Shown here piece after piece: positions 26,430 to 49,871 of a stretch of 49,871 nt of DNA (position 1 is the first letter of the stretch; every line of letters begins with the position of its first letter). This DNA comes from Tubiluchus corallicola (taxonomy: Eukaryota > Animalia > Priapulida): NCBI GenBank assembly GCA_030141605.1, contig JAQGDQ010001278.1:1-49871 (forward strand). The letters run 5' to 3'. The notes beneath the pieces are model-generated. The model was not told where the DNA came from, ran no database searches, and saw only the letters and a program-made list of their open reading frames with translations. A program made the position numbers and the translations under genes.

Positions 26430-26786
26430 AATTAGTGTGAAACATAATATACGTGATAAAACAATAGTGCACACTGGGAAGCTTAGCAAAAGGACAAGTT
26501 CCAAAAACAAAAACCAGAATTAGTGTGAAACATATTATACGTGATAAAACAATAGTGCACACTGGGAAGCTTAGCAAAAGGACAAGTTCCAAAAACAAAA
26601 ACCAGAATTAGTGTGAAACATATTATACGTGATAAAACAATAGTGCACACTGGGAAGCTTAGCAAAAGGACAAGTTCCAAAAACAAAAACCAGAATTAGT
26701 GTGAAACATATTATACGTGATAAAACAATAGTGCACACTGGGAAGCTTAGCAAAAGGACAAGTTCCAAAAACAAAAACAAGAATTG
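26430..26786. repeat. 88-bp tandem repeat x4 abutting the gene B exon 3 acceptor
   Basis: aattagtgtgaaacatattatacgtg... recurs every 88 bp. Confidence 0.9.
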
Positions 26787-27513
26787 ATTTAGAGCAGAAA
26801 CGACGATATTTTTAGGAGATAATCTTAAAGCAAAACCGGATCCGATCTTAAATTGTAGGTCAAAACAATCTACTATTTAAAATAATGAAAGGAAACATAC
26901 TATTTCTTCAAAAATGACTTACGGGGAACAATTATTATCACACAAACATAATTTCACGTTTGAGCCACTTGTTATTCACTCTTACGTGCATTTCGCCGTT
27001 TGCTAGATAGATGGGCACTACCGCCTGCATGTTGACAACGTATTGTACAAAAAACAGGTGCTGTACCTTTCAGTTGAGATGTTTTAGTTTATAACGAACT
27101 ACACACGTTCGACAGCTCATGGGGGGAGCATAGCGGTAAATTTGAAATTAAAATTTCCATGTTAAGAGTTGCCTAGCTTTAATACAACACACCGAAGATC
27201 CTACTGTAGCAACGTACTTCAATTTTCGCTTTCACAAACACGCGCAACGCACTCGTGCGTGAAATATTTCTGCTGCTGAAAATTATGTTCGTTTGTGATG
27301 TCATCAATAATTAGGCTCGCCCGCCTTTAATTAAGATTTTAAGTATCTTATTTAATTATCAGAGACGCTTTTGCAGTATTAATTGTGTTAAAATGTGTAC
27401 TTTTTATCGGACGTGAAAATGGGGTAGTGTATGAAAAATCATCCTGTCTTCATTTGAAAAACATCATCACAAATCAATGTAAAGATGCATGAATAAATCA
27501 AGTTGAAATGTAC

Positions 27514-27657
27514 CTCCATCTTTTACACAATCTCTTGAAAACTGTTGTGAATTCAATGTGACATTTTTGCCAACAATTGGCCAAGCACAGTCGATCACGC
27601 TCCCCTTCATGATGTGCTTCGCCCAGTGTAGACTGCAGTCACATACCAGTCTGTTGT
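27514..27657 (-). CDS. Gene B exon 2: LRRCT
   Basis: Not in ORF track. atttaag|ACAAC...GGAG|gtacat, 144 nt; DNRLVCDCSLHWAKHIMKGSVIDCAWPIVGKNVTLNSQQFSRDCVKDG. Confidence 0.85.
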
Positions 27658-27864
27658 CTTAAATAAAAAATCACAATGAACAATTCATGTGTTTTATGTA
27701 TAAACGGGTAGTTTTAAGTGTGAAAAAAGAAAAGTAAAATATTAGTGCAAAAGTTCAATGTGATATATATATATATGTATATAATAAGTTATACATATAA
27801 ATAATGTAAGTTTTCTATAAAAAACAATAATTTTCTATAAAAACAATAATATATATATATATAT

Positions 27865-27907
<43 letters not shown>

Positions 27908-27922
27908 GAAAAATAACATAAT

Positions 27923-27964
<42 letters not shown>

Positions 27965-28672
27965 TATGCTATTTTTTCTATTTTTCTCTTTATTTCCTAT
28001 TAGAGATGCGTAATACTGAATAATGTGCAATTTAATTAAAAAAATCAATTTTGTCCATTGATATCCACATCAAACATCTTTATAAATTATCCGTTAATAA
28101 AGATTTGCAGTAAAATTGTTCAATATAAATTGTAAAATAAATCATTTTATAATAAAGTAACATATTGCATTAATTATTAATAAACCATAAATGAAAAGTT
28201 TCAAATAAATATTGGACCGTTCTCCTTTCATAGCGGAAGCAGGACAGATGACACTGCGGTCTAAATCGTTCTCCATGTTTTTCATTAAGCTTATGAAACA
28301 TTTCAGCTCAAACAAAATTCGAATCATGGAGTTGAATTGACCAGTCATTAGTAAGTACAACTTCACTTTCTTAAGTAAATACAATTAGCTTACCCAAATG
28401 TCGCCCTAGAAGAAGGACTTAACCAGAATGTTTGTAGCAAAGTTTGTGAACAGAGCTGGAGGAGATAGTCTGCAATGAATGACTCAGACCACTGACAAGC
28501 TTCTACAGTAGAGCTTCCCTTTTTACAAACTCACTTTATAGACTAGTGGCTTTTACTAACTTAAGGTCAGAATGCAAGTCTGTTCAAGGATAAAACCACG
28601 TTCACACGCACACCTGAGAGGCCCGCTGTATCCCATGCCATCATAGCTTGTATTTGTTTATTATGAATTTAA

Positions 28673-29098
28673 CCCTTTTATACCCGTTTTATCCCGTGGG
28701 ATACGAGAATATTTTCTGCCTTTAAAATTAATAAAAGTTTAAAACTGACAGTTGTGTGATCTGTTAATAGTTATTTTGATTTAAGCCAATAAAAAGAGAC
28801 TACATTGCATAAAAAACTGCGCAAGGTACAGTACTTTAGATACGACTTTGTACAGATCAGCATAGCACGCATACTAAATGTCTTAAATACTTTAAAAAAT
28901 TATCAGCAGTTGCAAAATGAAGCACATTTTATGTTTCCATTGAATCCCAATGTATCCCGTAGGATACGGGCTATATTTAGCACACGGGCACAGCTAGAAA
29001 ACAAATAATTATTATGTGTAAACAAGATGGACATACCAAACAAAAGTACCAAGCCAAAAAAATTTTTCTTATTAAAAAATAATTTGGGACTGAAAGGG
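28673..29098. mobile_element. piggyBac-type MITE, copy 2
   Basis: TTAA|CCCTTT...TGAAAGGG|TTAA. Confidence 0.85.
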
Positions 29099-29233
29099 TT
29101 AATTTTAACATGAGTCTACTCCAGCCTTGACGAATGCATCATACATTACTGACAACATCAGACAGATATGCTACATCTGAACGTTATTCAGACACAAACA
29201 CTAATTATGAAAATGGCTATAAAATAATCGAAC

Positions 29234-29903
29234 CTGTTAATTCCACACTGACTGAACTGTATTTGACATTAGTTTCGTCAAAGATTGGCTTCGGCATTCT
29301 CTCCATTCCAGTACCTTTAACGAAGATTTTCCGAAGTTTACGTAAAGTTTGACCATGCACATCTAACCTCACCAACAGGGGGCAGTAGCTAATGATAATT
29401 TCTTGAACAAAGTGCACTTCTGAAAATGCATTAGGATGAATGAATACCAGCTTTGGGTTGTCATCAATTTTAATGCTTCCAGATATATTTCCTGCAATGA
29501 AGGCATTACCAATGCCAACCAATCGAGTCTTAGACAACACGAAATCAGCTATATTGGACCCAACTAGGAGGCCTTCTTGTAGATCTGGTTCTATGTAGTT
29601 TATCAGTGTCAAACTATCCAATGTCTGTCCATCTTTAAGAAGCTTGGCCAAAAAAATCATCTGTTGTCTGTCCAGAGTTACTGGTGTTGGAGTGATTGAA
29701 CCGCACGTTATTTTACACGTGTAAACTGTTATCTGTCTGTTACCTTCAAATATTAGTTTGGGAACATTCCAGAAGTCACAGTAGGGATCTAAGTATTCAC
29801 TTAACAAATCGTTTAGCTTATTTTCTCCACATGGTGGTGCTGTTAGAACCTTGTTAACAAAAATAAAGAGTGCAAAATAAAACCATGTTGTCCTAAAATT
29901 CAT
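29234..29903 (-). CDS. Gene B exon 1: signal peptide, Cys cap and LRRs
   Basis: MNFRTTWFYFALFIF leader (ATG at 29903); colinear with A exon 1 (CGENKLNDLL, YCDFWNVP, YTCKITCG); IKIDDNPKLVFIHPNAF; donor ACAG|gttcga. Confidence 0.85.
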
Positions 29904-29945
29904 GGTGTTACCATTGCTCTTCAAGCGCAGGTAGAATGTAAGCAA

Positions 29946-30023
29946 GTTACTATGGAAACATACACAATGAGGTGTATAGAATGATGTCACACATTAGAAT
30001 GATGTCAAAGTGCCCTTGGCAAC
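29946..30023. promoter_or_regulatory. RFX X-box-like motif and half-site upstream of gene B
   Basis: GTTACTATGGAAAC (29946-29959) and CCTTGGCAAC (30014-30023), conserved with the gene A upstream region. Confidence 0.55.
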
Positions 30024-30059
30024 TGCAAGCTGACGTTGAATTTTCAATGTGACCTCTCA

Positions 30060-30546
30060 AAAATTATAAGCTACGAGTTCTCAGCCTGAGTCGAAACTGT
30101 ATTTCTGTATAACTCTGAGCTCTGGACATTAAAAGCAAATCATAAAGCTGAAATCGATGCGTTTCAAAGGCGAAATTACTGAAACATTTTGGGCATTAGA
30201 TGGCCAAAGAAAATTTCAAAAAAAGATCTATGTGAAAAAATAAAAGAAGAACCTTGGACAAGAAAAATAAAAAGACGACGTTTAAGATGGATTGGGCATA
30301 TGCTTAGACTACCTGATGATATTCCAGTGAAGATAGCTCTTCAACAAGCCGTAGAACCAGCTAAAAAACCTGCAGGAGGACAAATGTTAACATATTTAGA
30401 TTTTGCGCAGAAAGATTTAAACACTTCAGCATTGATCCTTCGAAATAAATCCACTTGGGGCATTCCGGCGTGTAGGGAGTCCTGGCATAGAGAGGTGAGC
30501 AGAATCATGTCCCTGGACGTTTGATTCAGTGAAGAAGAAGAAGAAG
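30060..30546 (+). mobile_element. RTE-clade LINE 3' fragment
   Basis: YNSELWTL..., GIRWPKKIS, RRRLRWIGHMLRLP; (GAA)n tail. Confidence 0.85.
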
Positions 30547-31435
30547 TATCTTGTTGTCACAATTGCGGACGTTTTTGTGTCACAAGCAGAATTTCACATA
30601 TTATATTGCAGATTTAGTGATAAAATTATGATATTTCTACCTAAATGAAGGTTGCAGTTTTTAAGGAAGACGTAATTTTCTACTTGATAAGAAAACTGCA
30701 TCAAACATGATTCCTTCGCCAAATTTCATTATTTTATTCCTAGCCAACTGTTTAACTGATCAAATTTTCACTTCTGTGAAATGGGTCAGCACACAGACAG
30801 ACCAGTCGGTACAAGCCATTGCACAGAACTTTAGATATGCAAGAAGAGGTACCACAATGTATTAAATTTGTGAGCAAAAAATTATTGCAGCGTTGAAACT
30901 ACAATTCAAATCACTTGTGATTAAACCAGAGCGTCAAGGCAGTCTTACGTTTATGTTATTTCTTAAACAGCTTGGCAGTCTAGCAGTTGATGGACAAGTG
31001 TGAATGGTTGTGGCGGGGCTGAACCTAGCTCATTGTGATGGATAATCCACTGACCTAAACTAACATCCTGCAATATATATGTATGTACACAGGCTACAAT
31101 TAAATTTAGATTTTCTGACAGTCACCTATTTAACTCTAGACTCGATATTGCTTAAATTTTCAATCATAACACACTTTGGTAATTTGCTTTTGTTCTTATT
31201 CCAACGTATTGATTCATATTTTATGAAATTTTTAAGCAAAACACCCATTGTTATTGTAACAATTTCATTTCTGAAAACCAGCACTTTTGTGTAACCATTT
31301 AAAACAGTTTTATTTTTCAAATACATGTAAGTGTGGCAACACAGTCAAATAAATAATTGCTCTCTCAAGAAACTTTCCTTCAAGTCTTCATTTGTCTTTT
31401 CTTTGCTGTCGTCTGATTCTCTTGTCGTCTCGCCT

Positions 31436-46458
<15,023 letters not shown>

Positions 46459-46516
46459 TATAGAGTTTAACGTTTTTCCATCCCAACCTTTCGAAATGCA
46501 GGTAGAATGTTAACAG

Positions 46517-46573
46517 GTTACTTTGGAAACATAAACAATAGGGTTAAATATACGTCAAAATTTCCTTAGCAAC
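46517..46573. promoter_or_regulatory. RFX X-box-like motif and half-site upstream of gene A
   Basis: GTTACTTTGGAAAC (46517-46530) and CCTTAGCAAC (46564-46573). Confidence 0.5.
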
Positions 46574-46714
46574 TGCAGGTTACCACCAGCTACCAGCAAG
46601 ACTGCAATTATTAAGTAGCAAACTACAAGAAGCTTGTAGTTAATAACACAACTATTTCTGAAGTCACAATTGCGCACTCTCATAGTTGTTGCATATTTTA
46701 ATCGTAATTTTGAT

Positions 46715-47115
46715 TGTGCAGCTACGTATTATATTAATGGCTTCTTACGAAGCCAAACACATTATAATACACCTACAACATTGTGCAGCTACTTATTATA
46801 TTAATCTATTTTTACGAAGCCAAACACATTATAATACACCTACAACATTGTGCAGCTACTTATTATATTAATCCATTTTTACGAAGCCAAACATATTATA
46901 ATACACCTACAACATTGTGCAGCTACTTATTATATTAATCCATTTTTATGAAGCCAAACATATTATTATACACCTACAACATTGTGCAGCTACGTATTAT
47001 ATTAACCCATTTTTACGAAGCCAAACACATTATAATACACCTACAACATTGTGCAGCTACTTATTATATGAATCTATTTTTACGAAGCCAAACATATTAT
47101 GATACACCTACAACA
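46715..47115. repeat. 67-bp tandem repeat x6 upstream of gene A
   Basis: ttacgaagccaaacacattataatacacctacaacattgtgcagctac... period 67. Confidence 0.9.
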
Positions 47116-47354
47116 AGCATCAAATACCTGATTGCAGAACAAACAAACAAGCATTCAAATATGGCTGGTAAAATGGCGCTCAAGTGTCGTCCAACGAGGG
47201 TTTTTTATTGATAATTCATCCTGGTCATGGTTTTCTACTGCTTCTTCTGTTACAGATTCACATCAAACCCATTTGTTCCTTTCTTTTCTTTCTCTCTTAG
47301 AATCTTTCTTTTGTTGTCATGGAAGCTCTAATTTTTAGCATATTGACTTGATAT

Positions 47355-47701
47355 TGTTACGGAGGCACCTGTGTCGGGTCAGGTGTAGGGCCCTCCACAC
47401 GCCCTGCTTCCACGTCAGCAGCGACTCACCACTTTCTTGTAGGTCCAGACGTCTTGTTTGTGCCTACACGTGGTGTGAGAAGCCAGCTGACCTGGAATGC
47501 CAGTATAAAAGCGTGTAGAGGTCACTACAGCCTTGATTTTTCTGACACAGGTGCTCCTCGGGTGAAGTGCTGTTACTGAGTTGGTTATTTTTTGTGCACG
47601 TGTATTTTGATTCCCTATTTTTATTAGTGCTGATAATAAACTCCGTACAGTGTAGTTTTTGTGTATTATATTTTATGAGAGTTAAATGACATGCTATAAC
47701 A
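47355..47701 (+). mobile_element. Possible solo LTR of a different family
   Basis: TGTTA...TAACA ends, TATAAAA at about 47504, AATAAA at about 47635; TSD not matched. Confidence 0.45.
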
Positions 47702-49424
47702 GGTATAAGGTACTAGTTTACAGACATTAACTTAGTTAATCCGCATAGCATTTGTAATTAAAATTAACATTTGTAATTAAGTAATCAGTTGCACAACGAT
47801 AGTAAAATGGATCTTCATGACGCGCAATATCAAGACCGCCATGCCATCTTGGAGTTCGACCCCCTGGGTCGAATTCAGTTCATTATTTTACTAAAACTTG
47901 CCTCTTAAGCTATTTGCTAAACAAATAATCACCAGACAGACCGAATTATGAAAAATATGATTTTATTTTGACTAAATTCTGACTTTATTTTGACTAGACT
48001 GTTATTTGCTGCATGCAACAAACCAAATTCAAAGTTCAAATTTGTCCTTTATTAAATTTATTCATTCAATACGTGCACCAGTCTATACTAAGCATGAAAC
48101 TTAATAAACATCATATAATAACTTCATCTAATTAGAATAACTTTTTTTCAAGAGTCTAGTGAGTTGATCTGCTACGTTAAATGTCCAGATAAATGACCTA
48201 CCTACCTACCTACAGCATGTACCAATGTATCAAAACTATACATTATAAGACTTGGCACACGTTATTTTCATGATGTCATATTCGCATATGTTGTAGTATG
48301 ATATGAGTCATTACTGCATAGGTAAGTGAATTAGGCAAGTAGGATTTCACTGACTACGTATCATCGTACGGCTTAAAAGACTTACTTTATACGTCGTCTT
48401 ACATACATAAATTACTGCAACATACTACACGTCTTAAGGATTAAAAGTTGTAACTAAAGCCAGTGCTGACATCTACTGATGCTGACGTGAATGAATAAAC
48501 TTGTCGAATCTTATTCGATGGCATTGTTTTTTACAGATGGTCATGGGTTAGATCTGCAGCTAGCAAATTCGTCCTCATCTTCTTCTTCCTCTGCAATTTT
48601 TGTTTAATTTTATATCATATAAACTCGCATGCTAAAGGTGAAAATGTTAATAGAAAATTATAAATAAAAACATCCCAGCATACACGCACACAAACAAATA
48701 GCATTTACAATGATTGCCCATGTTGCCTGTAAAACTTAATATGACACAAAAAAGTACTGTTTTTTGCAACTTAGATTCAGAGACGTAAGTAAATATAAGT
48801 AATATTTTACGAAACATTTTACATTGTTAGTAGTATACTGTAATCAAAATTTTTATGTACGAAAGTTAAATACCTGTTATCGATTCATTGATTTCACTTC
48901 CATTTTCGCCTAGATAATGTATTTAAAAATTAAAATAAAGTGAAGTAGTTAATATAAGTAATATCACCCACTTAATTGTAGAGATAAATCATTTGAAATA
49001 AATCACTTATGTCTTATAGCTTATGCTTCAAAACCTGTGAACGGATTCAACTTTTTCAACTTTCGGCCAGCGTACTTAATATTGAATTTATTGCTTGCTA
49101 TCACAGTACAAAGTTTTACTAAATTAAAATGTAGAAATGTTCACTTTTAGTGGTAATTTAGTACAATGTTAAGTTTTGATAAGTATTTGGAATTGATAGT
49201 CAATCCATAGCTTGAGTTTAACTATGCTTAACCCTCATCTTACCAATGCATTTCTGTAGTAAATTGAATTTACTTTGAATAGATTAACAAACACCACAAC
49301 ACTGGAGTGCCTAGACTTTTTCTTTCATGCATAAAACATGTATTAAGTGGGTTCCAATTACACCCAAATCTGTTGCATTAAGAGTAAACAATCATAGAAT
49401 CTGAGGAAGCACTGAGTACTAACA

Positions 49425-49597
49425 AACTCCTGCAGGAAGTTTATAACAATGCTTGACCAATGAGACCGCACTAATTTCTGCATTTTACTAGTGATCTGAT
49501 TAGTGACAAGCTCGTGTTGATACTGGTTGCTATAGCAACAGGTTTCAGTCAAAATTCTTTGGCATAAAGTTTGAACAGTTCTCGCTTTATACAACGG
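49425..49597 (-). CDS. Possible exon of an unrelated upstream gene
   Basis: gattag|CCG TTG TAT...GAG TTT|gttagt open frame of ordinary composition; no family recognised. Confidence 0.25.
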
Positions 49598-49871
49598 CTA
49601 ATCATATAACATAACAAATATAATAATTCAGCTGTTTTACTATATGGTTACTATAGAATATGTTCTATTTTATGCCTCAAATTAGATGAAAATGTTGTTG
49701 ACTAAATAAAAAATGGCTACAAAGAAAACAAAAAAAAACGTCATTAAAAAGAAACATCTGTCGTCGTTAAGTGAGAGAAAGTGACAAATGTTTAGCGTCA
49801 CTAAGATGAGGCTAAATTCTCACTAAAATCTAAGCTTTTCAACGTAAAATCCTACTCTCGTTACGAATATT

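Larger units (their letters stand above)
15646..29903 (-). pseudogene. Gene B (8 recognisable exons): LRR-LRRCT-3xIg paralog, lesioned (pseudogene or re-spliced variant)
   Basis: Exons 29234-29903, 27514-27657, 26088-26423, 24747-24848, 23765-23987, 18877-18980, 17559-17781, 15646-15656. Exon 4 has a 2-bp deletion and the exon 5 acceptor reads AT instead of AG. Confidence 0.65.

Noticed and set aside
26424-26780. Hydrophobic MFLELVLLLSFP ORFs resembling signal peptides
   Set aside because: Translations of the intronic 88-bp tandem repeat.
29904-29990. N-terminal extension of the 257-aa ORF
   Set aside because: Starts at a non-ATG codon; the ATG at 29903 precedes the signal peptide and aligns with gene A.
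48520-48580. Possible terminal exon (EEEDEDEF... or RKKKMRT...) of an upstream gene
   Set aside because: Weak acceptor, ambiguous frame, no homology evidence.

Overview
AT-rich, intron-containing animal (probably invertebrate) genomic DNA, dense in microsatellites and transposons. The main content is a head-to-tail cluster of three paralogous minus-strand multi-exon genes that the ORF track only partly shows, because several exons are short or split a domain. Gene A (46458->31436, 9 exons, about 721 aa) reads signal peptide - Cys-capped LRR - LRRCT - 4 Ig domains - KNE*, with no transmembrane segment. Gene B (29903->15646) has the same layout with 3 recognisable Ig domains and ends RND*; it carries a 2-bp frameshift and a lost splice acceptor. 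Gene C (11067->1918, possibly continuing past the left edge) is a more diverged LRR+LRRCT gene. A and B share a near-identical patch in the first Ig exon (probable gene conversion) and RFX X-box-like motifs upstream of the ATG. Introns and spacers hold a near-complete CR1/L2-type LINE with a 2A-like motif, RTE fragments (one amplified into a higher-order satellite), a non-autonomous LTR element and a related solo LTR, a deleted pogo-type transposon, piggyBac-type MITEs, a 5S-rRNA-headed SINE-like element and several minisatellites, one of which multiplies a splice donor. All exon models and family calls come from manual reading; no database searches were run.
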